From the IMG/VR virus record IMGVR_UViG_3300033141_001877, positions 1 through 24,327 of that record: a stretch of DNA of 24,327 nt; one strand, given 5' to 3'. Within the stretch, counting starts at the first letter, position 1, and every line of letters starts with the position of its first letter. This DNA comes from a virus. Its lineage: Duplodnaviria > Caudoviricetes. Positions 1 to 7,919 of the stretch are shown here, one piece after another. Both the position numbers and the translations under genes were made by a program. Below the pieces are notes generated by a model, which did no database searches, was not told where the DNA came from, and saw only the letters and a list, made by a program, of their open reading frames with translations.

Positions 1-169
1 TTACAACGTTTGCAGACTTCAACATAACGCCCGATGTCAGGTCCGGCTTTTTCTCCTGGACTATAACCGGCTTTTTCGGTTTTGTTTTTATGCTGCTCTT
101 ATTCCTTGTTACTTCAAGGCCTTTCTTTTCAACCTTCTTCTTAAGAGCCGCTTGCGACATTCGTTTCAT
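1..169 (-). CDS. Hypothetical Lys-rich protein, 5' part only (runs off the window edge)
   Basis: Read by hand. The ATG at 169 overlaps the TAA of the upstream gene (TAATG). The frame MKRMSQAALKKKVEKKGLEVTRNKSSIKTKPKKPVIVQEKKPDLTSGVMLKSANVV stays open to position 1. Confidence 0.65.
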   Translation of the reverse strand, partial: MKRMSQAALKKKVEKKGLEVTRNKSSIKTKPKKPVIVQEKKPDLTSGVMLKSANVV

Positions 170-3100
170 TAAATACAATCCCTTAAGATTTTGAGTGAAA
201 GTATCCTCTCGTCGATATCTTCAAGAGCTTGCCCGGCATCCTCTTTCACTTTAACAACTTCGCCGGTTTCGGAGATCTGAACTTCTGATTCATACTTTAA
301 GCCCTTGCCATGCTCGGGCGTGATTTCTATTTGTTCCCGTTTTAGGAGCGCCTTGGCTTCCTGTGGGGCCTTTTCTGCGACCTTTTCCGTTTTAGGTGTC
401 TCGGGTAGGGCCTTTCTTTGTAAATCAGGATAATCTTTAAGGACTGATTCTGGAACGGGTTTGCCCTGGTTAATAGCCGTATGCACAGCGTTTTTGTGAA
501 AGGTATTCTCAGTATAGGACGTTGCCCCCTTCCGTGGCTTTCCGTGTAGCGATTCATATTCAGAAAGTGTCATTTCCCACGTTTCTTTGCCCTTCTCAGA
601 GGCCGGAGGTTGGACGATCTTTTCTGCCTTAGTTTTCTCCAATTTATCTGTTGGAGATCTCCAACTTTCTGTTGGATATCCAACAGGTTTTTTCTGTTTT
701 CCCCAGGAAAGCCAGTTCTTAAACTTCTCAACTGACATTTCAGTAATATCACCAAAGCCCTGCCAGCCTTCTTCATAATTGGCAAGATAACCCTCTTTGG
801 CAGCTTCTTCACTTGAAAAGCCGGTCATTACCTTGTGCTCGTCAAACTTGCCTGTTCCTGGTTCAACCTGATCAACAATATAAACATTAGGACTTTCAGT
901 ATCGGGACCGACAAAGGTATCAATCTGATCACCGTCTTTGCCTTCGGTACGGTTGAAATATCCGTAATGATGTTTCATTTCGATTGACCATTTTTTCCCG
1001 TCAGGAGCAACGCCTTTGCGCTGAGATCCTTTCGGGTTTTCAATGGCAATCTCCATGCCCTGAATATGGATTGCCCCTTTTAAATAATTTCCTGCTTGCT
1101 TTTGTTTTTCAGATGGGTTAATATCAACCTTAATTTCTTGATCACCAATTTTAGAGGAAGCTATATGTCTACCATCAGGAAGTATGTCTGTTTTAATTGT
1201 GGAATCACTTTTAGTAGAAATTGGAGTTCCAGGAAAGGTCAAGTCCGCTTTTTCTGTTGCGTCTCTTGCAGAAATTCTTTTGATTGTGGAAGAAAGAGAA
1301 TCAACGAAACTGATTACAGGCTTAGGTATAGATACGTCACTCGGAATGGAAAGCCTATGGGTGAGCATCGTTTTGTTATGGAGCAAACCATCGGGCGTCC
1401 ACTGGCTTCCGACGAGGCCGTTCATCACATCAACGGGGATAGTCTTGATAATCGCCCTGAGAACTTGCGGATCGTTGAACGAGGATCTCACAGAAGAAAG
1501 TATCATCTGCTGTCTGTCCCGCTTGAGCGAATTAAAACTCTCAGACTGCAGGGTTTTAGTATTAGAGCGATTGCCAAAAAGATTGGAGTTAGCAAGAACA
1601 CTATCACCAACAGACTCGTCGACCTTGGATTTCCTCTCTGTAGGCCGTAATTCAATAGTCGTACCCGCACCCGCAAGAGCTACATCAGTCTTTTTGGGTG
1701 CGGGCACTTTCGCTACGCGGCGATCTGCTTCAGAGATTACAGGCGGTTGCCCTTCGTCTCTTTTCTTTTGTTGTTCCTGGATATCAGTTTTAACGGTAGC
1801 CCAATATTTCTCATTTGCTTGCCGTTCTGCTTCCTCTGCAACTTCGACCTGTTGTAATGTCGTTGGTCTTGCTCCATACTTTTTCCGGCCCTTGGCAATC
1901 TCGCCTTCTTTTCGCTGCTGTTCAATATTAGCTTCAACGCCCTTCCAGTATTTATCTTCCTCGCGCTTTTCTGTAATGAATTCACCGGCTTGTGTTATTT
2001 GTTCCTCGATACCGCCCAGCTTTTCAACCCGCTGATCTTCCTCTTGCTCCGCTTCAAACTCTTTGATTTTCTCTTGATTACGCCTTCTTGTCTGAAAGTC
2101 TGTAGTCGTTGGTTCTTCAACCGTCGGCTTTTCGGCCTTCGTGGGTTTTGTGGTTGAAAGGACCTCGTTTATTGCGTCGTAAAGAATATCATCTTTCGGT
2201 AGGTCTTTAAGCTCGCCTTCTAATTGTTCGCGAGTAATTTGCCCACCGTCAAGAGCCTCTTTTAATTGCTCTGTTTTCCTGGTCAGGTCGGTTTCTTTCT
2301 CGTCTTTATTGGCTTTAAGTTCTCTTTTATAATCGGCAATAACAAAGGGAGATCCTGCAACCTGGACGCCACCGGTAAGCATAGCACCACCAACGGCTCC
2401 CACCTTCATAGCCTTCTTTGCTTTTTTATGAATCGCCGGAAATTCGTTTAAAACTATCTTGGCTATTTCTGCGCCGGTCTTCTCATGGTTAGCTGCATAG
2501 AGATTGGCTATTTCATCAGGATATTGCTGTAAATATTCCTCTAAGCCTTCACCTGTGATATTGGCACCCAAAACACCTATGAACTGTCTGAGGCGTTTTC
2601 CAAAACCCATTTTGGCCCCGGTCTTGGAAAAGATCGTCTTCAACATTTTGATTTGAAAGATAGATCCGGCCTGTTCCAAAGGTGTATTTATTGCAGAGGT
2701 AAGCAGGCCAATTTCCCTTGCAAGCTCTTTATCAATACCAGCATCAACCAGCTCTTTGCGTTTCTGCCCGTATATCTGATTAAACATCGATATCGTGCCA
2801 GCGGGGATATTAAGGGCAGTTAAGGCCATACCAGGACCGAATCTTGACACACCGCCTGCAGCGGTTTCAATTATTCCTGAGCTACCAGGTAGAGGTTCCG
2901 GCAATGTTTCTACCCATTTTTCATAAGTCTCTATGCTCTCGTCCCTGATTTTTACAGAATAATCTCTTTTTAGGTCCTCGCGTTCCCTGGAAGTTAATGG
3001 AGATCCCTTGTCTTTTTCTGCTTGCCGCAGCTCTTTACCAAAAAGAGCTTTTTCGGTATCTGATAAAACGTTAAATGCAATTTCCGGCTTTCTTAATTCA

Positions 3101-3492
3101 TACGCCTGGCTCGGTCCTTCTTTTTTCTTGTATGGCTCAGGTTCGCTTTTTGCATAGCTTTTCATGTGTTCCGCTTCACCTATCGCACCCTGGGCCATAT
3201 CTCCTAACCCCTGGGCCGCATTGCGAAACATCTGTGTGCCAACTCTTTTAAATGTGAGTTCTGGGACTAATCCTGTAGCTGGGTCAACTTCGGCATAATC
3301 GGACTCTCCTTGTTCTTCGCCTTCGAACAAAGATTCGCCAAATTCCATGAAGGCACCGGCCATTTGTTTGCCAAGGCCCACAGCCTTTTGAGGCTCTTTC
3401 GGCTCAGGTTCTTCCCCTTCCCAGGTTATCTTTGTTGGATCTATTTCAGGGGGTTCGTTGTACCACGTTATTTTCTTTGGATTAATTGACAT
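169..3492 (-). CDS. Large polyvalent (probably virion-packaged/ejected) protein with an inorganic pyrophosphatase (InPase) domain
   Basis: 1107-aa ORF. The C-terminal third has the polyvalent-protein InPase signature NPSEKQKQAGNYLKG..IENPKGSQRKG...W...M.HHYGY...TEGKDGDQID.FVGP...YIVDQV...FDEHKVM.GF. The N-terminal half is Gly/Ala-rich and helical (GEGLEEYLQQ, GAVGGAMLTGG), as in podovirus DNA-transfer proteins. It lies downstream of the tail genes. Confidence 0.8.
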   Translation of the reverse strand: MSINPKKITWYNEPPEIDPTKITWEGEEPEPKEPQKAVGLGKQMAGAFMEFGESLFEGEEQGESDYAEVDPATGLVPELTFKRVGTQMFRNAAQGLGDMAQGAIGEAEHMKSYAKSEPEPYKKKEGPSQAYELRKPEIAFNVLSDTEKALFGKELRQAEKDKGSPLTSREREDLKRDYSVKIRDESIETYEKWVETLPEPLPGSSGIIETAAGGVSRFGPGMALTALNIPAGTISMFNQIYGQKRKELVDAGIDKELAREIGLLTSAINTPLEQAGSIFQIKMLKTIFSKTGAKMGFGKRLRQFIGVLGANITGEGLEEYLQQYPDEIANLYAANHEKTGAEIAKIVLNEFPAIHKKAKKAMKVGAVGGAMLTGGVQVAGSPFVIADYKRELKANKDEKETDLTRKTEQLKEALDGGQITREQLEGELKDLPKDDILYDAINEVLSTTKPTKAEKPTVEEPTTTDFQTRRRNQEKIKEFEAEQEEDQRVEKLGGIEEQITQAGEFITEKREEDKYWKGVEANIEQQRKEGEIAKGRKKYGARPTTLQQVEVAEEAERQANEKYWATVKTDIQEQQKKRDEGQPPVISEADRRVAKVPAPKKTDVALAGAGTTIELRPTERKSKVDESVGDSVLANSNLFGNRSNTKTLQSESFNSLKRDRQQMILSSVRSSFNDPQVLRAIIKTIPVDVMNGLVGSQWTPDGLLHNKTMLTHRLSIPSDVSIPKPVISFVDSLSSTIKRISARDATEKADLTFPGTPISTKSDSTIKTDILPDGRHIASSKIGDQEIKVDINPSEKQKQAGNYLKGAIHIQGMEIAIENPKGSQRKGVAPDGKKWSIEMKHHYGYFNRTEGKDGDQIDTFVGPDTESPNVYIVDQVEPGTGKFDEHKVMTGFSSEEAAKEGYLANYEEGWQGFGDITEMSVEKFKNWLSWGKQKKPVGYPTESWRSPTDKLEKTKAEKIVQPPASEKGKETWEMTLSEYESLHGKPRKGATSYTENTFHKNAVHTAINQGKPVPESVLKDYPDLQRKALPETPKTEKVAEKAPQEAKALLKREQIEITPEHGKGLKYESEVQISETGEVVKVKEDAGQALEDIDERILSLKILRDCI
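1096..1124 (+). promoter_or_regulatory. Candidate sigma70-type promoter for the antisense HNH gene
   Basis: TTGCTT (1096-1101), 17-bp spacer, TAATAT (1119-1124), ending 40 nt before the ATG at 1165. The consensus match is only partial. Confidence 0.3.
1165..1650 (+). CDS. HNH homing endonuclease (Cys4 zinc finger + HNH_3-type nuclease + C-terminal HTH), nested antisense inside the polyvalent protein gene
   Basis: Motifs CFNC..F...FCCVSC; EHRFVMEQTIGRPLASDEAVHHINGDSLDNRPENL; GFSIRAIAKKIGVSKNTI. An AGAGGA Shine-Dalgarno at 1153-1158 precedes ATG 1165, which I prefer over the TTG at 1096. 161 aa. Confidence 0.85.
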   Translation: MSTIRKYVCFNCGITFSRNWSSRKGQVRFFCCVSCRNSFDCGRKRINETDYRLRYRYVTRNGKPMGEHRFVMEQTIGRPLASDEAVHHINGDSLDNRPENLRIVERGSHRRKYHLLSVPLERIKTLRLQGFSIRAIAKKIGVSKNTITNRLVDLGFPLCRP

Positions 3493-3497
3493 AATTT

Positions 3498-4634
3498 TTA
3501 ATGTTTTGACTCATGATTTTGTTCTTTTGCATACCCATAAGTACCATCATCGTACTGGACTACCTCTTTGCCGTTTTCATCTACACCCCGTTTAACAATC
3601 GTCTTTTGTTGTGGTTTTAAGCTTGTCGATATAAACTTATCAATTTGATATACGTCTTTAAGTCTTTTGGTTTCTTCTGCATTTTTGATCGGATCATATT
3701 TCTTTGTTGGATCCATCCCATCAATTGCTTTTATAAAAGCTGTTACCATATTAGCAGCTTTCTTATCGCCCATAAGCTTTTCCATAGCCTGTTCTTCATT
3801 AAGACCAGGAACAATGCTTGCCATGTATTGAGCGTTCTTCTGTAGTGTCGATCTGGTATCTTTGGCCGATATTGAAGCTTTGATCCGCGCGTTTTTCGTT
3901 ACCAAGGCCGCTGCTCTCATTTCGGTTTGTAGCTTTTCAATCCTTGCATTATCTTTTGCAATCCCGGCTTTCCCCCACTTTGTAGCCGCGTATGGATTGA
4001 GTGAGGATATTCTTGTTTGCGCCTGCTGAATAAGTTTTTGAGGATTGTTTGAGTCAGCTTCAATCTGAGCAATGTTTTTATTATATTGAGCTTGATTGAT
4101 CTGGTTGTCAGCTAAGGCTTCGTCAAGCTTCTCTATCTTTGCCCTTTTCGCTCTTTTGCCGCTTGTGTTAGCAATCGCCCAGGCCTGCACTTCGGGACCA
4201 GCTTCACCATGAATAACAGGCCTATTCGTTCCTTTGTGAAAGTATTTATACTTGCCTGGTTCATCTTTATTAACATCATAATTCAAATCAGTAGCAAGCT
4301 TGTCGATATTAATAGTGCCGTCTTTATTCTTATAGAACATAAATTCAGCGCCTTCGGCTGACCGAACAAGATCTGAAGACGATAATTGCCGATTATAAGC
4401 CTGTGAAGCTGCAACATCTTCTTTGCTTTTCAGCTCGCGCCCTGGTTTTTCCTGTTCGTACATTTCGGATGCTCTATCATCGATCACAGATTGACGGCCT
4501 ATGTCATACTCTTGCTGTCTTCCCCTCAATCCAAGGCTCTTTAATGCTATATCCGACCGGCTTTTATCCCTACCTAAACCACGAACTGTACGAGATAAAA
4601 CATCTAAAGCGTGTACGACTTGTTGATTACCCAT
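3498..4634 (-). CDS. Putative internal virion/ejection protein
   Basis: 378-aa Ala/Gln/Lys-rich helical ORF located between the GNAT-like gene and the large polyvalent gene. The call rests on position and composition. Confidence 0.5.
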   Translation of the reverse strand: MGNQQVVHALDVLSRTVRGLGRDKSRSDIALKSLGLRGRQQEYDIGRQSVIDDRASEMYEQEKPGRELKSKEDVAASQAYNRQLSSSDLVRSAEGAEFMFYKNKDGTINIDKLATDLNYDVNKDEPGKYKYFHKGTNRPVIHGEAGPEVQAWAIANTSGKRAKRAKIEKLDEALADNQINQAQYNKNIAQIEADSNNPQKLIQQAQTRISSLNPYAATKWGKAGIAKDNARIEKLQTEMRAAALVTKNARIKASISAKDTRSTLQKNAQYMASIVPGLNEEQAMEKLMGDKKAANMVTAFIKAIDGMDPTKKYDPIKNAEETKRLKDVYQIDKFISTSLKPQQKTIVKRGVDENGKEVVQYDDGTYGYAKEQNHESKH

Positions 4635-4643
4635 GATCCACCC

Positions 4644-5048
4644 CTACAATTTTTGTGTTATTATTAGATATTGTTTACCATCGCTGGCTGTTCTAAAGCC
4701 TGTGATTAAATAACCTGAAAGAAGCGCTGTAAACAAGGCTTTTTTATTCTTGTTTTCGATATGGCCCATAAGGTGCTTTGCTCCCATCTTCTTAAACGTT
4801 TGGTGAAATTCCTTATTGATTTGTGCCGCCCGCTTTTTGGTCCTGTATTCTGGAAGCATCCCGGTTGCATTGATATAGATTGTGGTGCTGTTGAAAGAAA
4901 ATCCCGCCGTAAAACCATATGTTTTAAACTCGTCTTCGGCTGTAAGCATCACCGGAGGCATTAAAATAGGCGCTTGTTTGTCAAAGCACCCAAAGTATAG
5001 CTTAGGATAAATCTCTTTAATCTCGTTATGATTAAGCCGCTTTATCAT
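4644..5048 (-). CDS. GNAT-family acetyltransferase-like protein
   Basis: 134 aa with the GNAT pattern YGFTAG...IYINATGMLPEYRTKKRA...GAKHLMGHIENKNKKAL...GY. GNAT-like genes are common among podovirus internal-protein genes. Confidence 0.65.
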   Translation of the reverse strand: MIKRLNHNEIKEIYPKLYFGCFDKQAPILMPPVMLTAEDEFKTYGFTAGFSFNSTTIYINATGMLPEYRTKKRAAQINKEFHQTFKKMGAKHLMGHIENKNKKALFTALLSGYLITGFRTASDGKQYLIITQKL

Positions 5049-6223
5049 TTCGCGTCACTTTCTCCGCCACCAGACCCGTCAATATCGGCACTGATACCGC
5101 TAAAATCGTCGTCAAGGTTTTGTGTCCCGGGTGCTGTTGTATCTGGACCGTCTTCTCGCCCTCCAACGTTCCAGCTACCATCATCCTTATATCCGCCGTA
5201 TCTGCTATCAAAGTCCACAACACCTTCCGCGTCCGTTCCTAAAGCTGACATTTCAGAGGGATCAACATCTGCCGCTGCTTGTCGGTCAGCTTGTCGATCA
5301 GACTTTCGATCTCCGAAAACGTCAACCCCGGCTTCAATAGCGGCCATTTCGTTTTCTATTCCTATTCCTGCCGCTTCATATCCTGGTGTCCCAGGGCCAT
5401 GCTTATTGTCCGGTCCCCATGGGTCACTAATATTAAAATCAGCGTCCCCTTCTCTTTCGGCTTGATTTCTGACTCGCTTTGACAGTCCAAACTTATCCGC
5501 CCAGGTAGGATCGTGAGAAATTGCCTCCAAAACCCCTGGGTCTAAATGTTCAGAGGGTGGAGCCGTGTATGCGGCCATAACATCAGGATCTTTTGAATAT
5601 TCATCATAATCTTGTGCTTGCGTTATTTGATCTTGAACATAGGTATCACCAAAACCAAAACCCTGTTCTGAAAAAACATTTTCAAGCTGCTTTCCTCTGT
5701 GTTGCGCATCTGTTGCGGCGTCTACTGCTTTATAAAGACCATATCCAGCGCCATATGTCGGGTTCATCATTGCCGGGACTACTCCGCCAAGTCCTGCATT
5801 AAGATATGCTCCACCCGCAGCGGCCAATAAACCTTTCCCGGCAATTTTTTTACCGAAGCTTTCAAGCTCAGGGTTCATATAGTCCCTGCTCATTCGTGCC
5901 TGGATAGGGTTTGAGTCAGGCATATCTGGCGAGGTAGGGCCTCTGCCTTCGCCTTGCGGATTTGTATCAATTACAGCCCTATCAGGCCTGGTCGGAGCTT
6001 CTACTGTCTCGGCTTCCGGTATAGCCTCATCCGGTATAGCCTCAGCTTCCGGTCTGGACCTTCGCAACCCCAGGCCAACGCCTAATTGTCTTGGATCGAT
6101 ATCACCAGATAGAAGTCTTCGGCTCCGTCTTCCAGTTATCCCGCCCTTCTGCCTGTTTAATCCTTGCCTTTGCGCAAGAGCAATTATACGCTTTAACATT
6201 TCTTCTTTTGATATTGTCTTCAT
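5045..6223 (-). CDS. Putative internal virion/ejection protein with an acidic, low-complexity C-terminus
   Basis: 392 aa: basic N-terminus, a Gly/Ala hydrophobic stretch (GLLAAAGGAYLNAGLGGVVPAM) and an Asp/Gly-rich tail. ATGA overlap with the GNAT-like gene. Confidence 0.5.
   Translation of the reverse strand: MKTISKEEMLKRIIALAQRQGLNRQKGGITGRRSRRLLSGDIDPRQLGVGLGLRRSRPEAEAIPDEAIPEAETVEAPTRPDRAVIDTNPQGEGRGPTSPDMPDSNPIQARMSRDYMNPELESFGKKIAGKGLLAAAGGAYLNAGLGGVVPAMMNPTYGAGYGLYKAVDAATDAQHRGKQLENVFSEQGFGFGDTYVQDQITQAQDYDEYSKDPDVMAAYTAPPSEHLDPGVLEAISHDPTWADKFGLSKRVRNQAEREGDADFNISDPWGPDNKHGPGTPGYEAAGIGIENEMAAIEAGVDVFGDRKSDRQADRQAAADVDPSEMSALGTDAEGVVDFDSRYGGYKDDGSWNVGGREDGPDTTAPGTQNLDDDFSGISADIDGSGGGESDAK
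6015..6044. repeat. Perfect 15-bp in-frame tandem duplication
   Basis: tccggtatagcctca at 6015-6029 and 6030-6044, encoding EAIPD/EAIPE on the minus strand. Confidence 0.9.
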
Positions 6224-6232
6224 AATTTTTTC

Positions 6233-6565
6233 CTAAAAAAAGTCCATTATTGCATCATAGATATCGCCCATAGCCCCGGTTTCACTTAAAATATTAAGCC
6301 CGAGGTTGGCATATCCGAGATTGTTTGCCCTGTTCTGGTGCTTTCTTGCATCGTGAGCTGTCTCGTCGTCTATAGCAAGTTGCTTCTCACCTAAAGCAAA
6401 GTCCCTATCAGCTTGCGCTTCGCTGGCTATAAAAGCTTTTTCGGCAAACTCTTTATCTTTCTTTGCTTGCACCCTGGCAGGAAGATAAGGCGTTTGGGCG
6501 TTTATAATATCTTCAGCGCTTGACCTTCTTCTCAACCCCGTAACTGCTCCTATTTGATCGTACAT
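6233..6565 (-). CDS. Hypothetical protein, putative small ejection protein
   Basis: 110-aa ORF with AGGAG upstream, in the internal-protein region. Confidence 0.55.
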   Translation of the reverse strand: MYDQIGAVTGLRRRSSAEDIINAQTPYLPARVQAKKDKEFAEKAFIASEAQADRDFALGEKQLAIDDETAHDARKHQNRANNLGYANLGLNILSETGAMGDIYDAIMDFF

Positions 6566-6576
6566 GGCTTGATCTC

Positions 6577-7092
6577 CTATTGTTCCATATCGAGGTAATC
6601 AGGAATATCGCCCCTATAATTTTTAAACCGATGAATTCCCAACGTCCCCAGCCTGTCCATGTCTCTAATACCACGGTTAAGACCGGCATTATCATAGCGG
6701 TCATTCATTGTTTCCAGTTCTTCCAGGATCTTATCGTCCCTTCCCTTCTGTTTGTGTGCCCCATATGACGACAAACCAAGATTGCCTAAGCCAATAGCAA
6801 AGGCCTTTTTTCCCTGGCCTTTACCATAAGACAAGTCTCTATCAGCCATAGCGACGCGTTTGTCGGACAGGATATTACGCCTTTTTCTTTCTTTTTGCAG
6901 AGACTTAAACCCTCTTTCTCTGTTGGTATTCTGTGTGTTTAGGATCATGCTTTGAATACCTTTCCTCATGTTTTCGGCTGCGAATTCCGGATCTGCCGAC
7001 ACGGTGCTTAAAATCGCCCTGTGCTCAGGCCTTAAAGTCATAATCTTTTGTCGTGCTCTCTGGTATCTTGGATTGTTGGCCCAGGATCTCAT
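6577..7092 (-). CDS. Hypothetical basic protein, putative internal virion protein
   Basis: 171-aa ORF with GGGAG upstream. Arg/Lys-rich, with a short Gly-rich hydrophobic patch (AFAIGLGNLGLSSYGA). Confidence 0.55.
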   Translation of the reverse strand: MRSWANNPRYQRARQKIMTLRPEHRAILSTVSADPEFAAENMRKGIQSMILNTQNTNRERGFKSLQKERKRRNILSDKRVAMADRDLSYGKGQGKKAFAIGLGNLGLSSYGAHKQKGRDDKILEELETMNDRYDNAGLNRGIRDMDRLGTLGIHRFKNYRGDIPDYLDMEQ

Positions 7093-7095
7093 TGT

Positions 7096-7410
7096 TTAGC
7101 TCCCTTTTTGAAGTTGGATATTTCTTATTTGTTCAAGCGCTTTTTCAACAGCCTTTAAGGTGTCTTTAAGATCTCGATATCTTTTCCTTATTATTTCAGG
7201 CATTTTCGTTTCGTCTGTGCCGTATTGCTTTTCTATATCATATATTTGAGTTGCCGTATCGTTCCGAATATCCCTGTTGATTTTATAATCAAGCCTTAAG
7301 TTGGTGGCATGAAGTTCGGAGGCTTTCGCAAGATATTTTTCAGCGCCAACAACAGCGGTTACGATACTGATAAGAATAACGACTGAGCCTAAAACAGTTT
7401 TAATATTCAT
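7096..7410 (-). CDS. Single-TM protein with coiled-coil C-terminus (possible lysis/holin-type accessory)
   Basis: Start reassigned to ATG 7410 (MNIKTVLGSVVILISIVTAVVGAEKY, AAGGGA upstream), which removes the overlap with the previous gene. Heptad-like tail. Confidence 0.55.
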   Translation of the reverse strand: MNIKTVLGSVVILISIVTAVVGAEKYLAKASELHATNLRLDYKINRDIRNDTATQIYDIEKQYGTDETKMPEIIRKRYRDLKDTLKAVEKALEQIRNIQLQKGS

Positions 7411-7423
7411 CTTGTTTCCCTTC

Positions 7424-7744
7424 TTAGGTATGATTTTCCAACATGCCCTCAATCCTACCTAAAGCCCGGCTCATCTTCTCTTTCCATATCGAATCTTCCC
7501 TCCGGGCTAACTCTCGTTTACCGTCCATTTCTTTCATATCTTTTCTAAAACCGTCGAATTTATCGCATATAGATTTATCAAGTTTAACGTGCGAATCTTT
7601 ACACTCACCTTTAGTAACGTACACTGAAATACCATCCTTTTTATATAAAGCTGTTCTTAAACTGCCCTGGTTTTTGCGAACTTGCCACCACACAAAAGCC
7701 ATCATTCCTGCCAAGACTAATCCTATTATGTCAGTTCCACTCAT
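7424..7744 (-). CDS. Single-TM protein with coiled-coil C-terminus (holin/XhlA-like architecture)
   Basis: IIGLVLAGMMAFVWW transmembrane segment followed by YVTKGEC and a charged coiled coil ending LGRIEGML. Confidence 0.5.
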   Translation of the reverse strand: MSGTDIIGLVLAGMMAFVWWQVRKNQGSLRTALYKKDGISVYVTKGECKDSHVKLDKSICDKFDGFRKDMKEMDGKRELARREDSIWKEKMSRALGRIEGMLENHT

Positions 7745-7914
7745 TTCGAATTCCCCAATTTTTCTTTTGTGACAACCCCGCTGCCATTACAAAATTCACA
7801 TGGTTCTTTTATTGCTGTTATTCTATCCGCATAGTAGCAAATTTTACCATTTAAGATTTTCTCTACGATATGTTCCCCTTCGCAGACAGGGCAAGTTTCC
7901 AGTTCTGTTTCCAC
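7741..7914 (-). CDS. Small DnaJ-type zinc-finger protein (57 aa, absent from the ORF track)
   Basis: Read by hand. GTG start at 7914: METELETCPVCEGEHIVEKILNGKICYYADRITAIKEPCEFCNGSGVVTKEKLGNSK. It has two CxxCxG motifs, fills the intergenic gap, and its TGA overlaps the next ATG (ATGA). Confidence 0.75.
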   Translation of the reverse strand: METELETCPVCEGEHIVEKILNGKICYYADRITAIKEPCEFCNGSGVVTKEKLGNSK

Positions 7915-7919
7915 TCAAT

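Noticed and set aside
1096-1164. TTG-initiated N-terminal extension of the HNH ORF
   Set aside because: There is no RBS before 1096, whereas a good RBS precedes ATG 1165.
1100-1700. Group I intron or intein around the HNH gene
   Set aside because: The endonuclease is antisense and the host frame is uninterrupted. I saw no intein terminal motifs (C/S...HN) and no spare non-coding sequence for a ribozyme core.
1184-2035. 283-aa plus-strand ORF overlapping both the HNH gene and the polyvalent gene
   Set aside because: It is Ser/Leu-rich with no recognisable motif. It lies in the antisense frame that shares third codon positions with the host gene, the same frame that yields other shadow ORFs here (e.g. 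5028-5465, 18928-19329).
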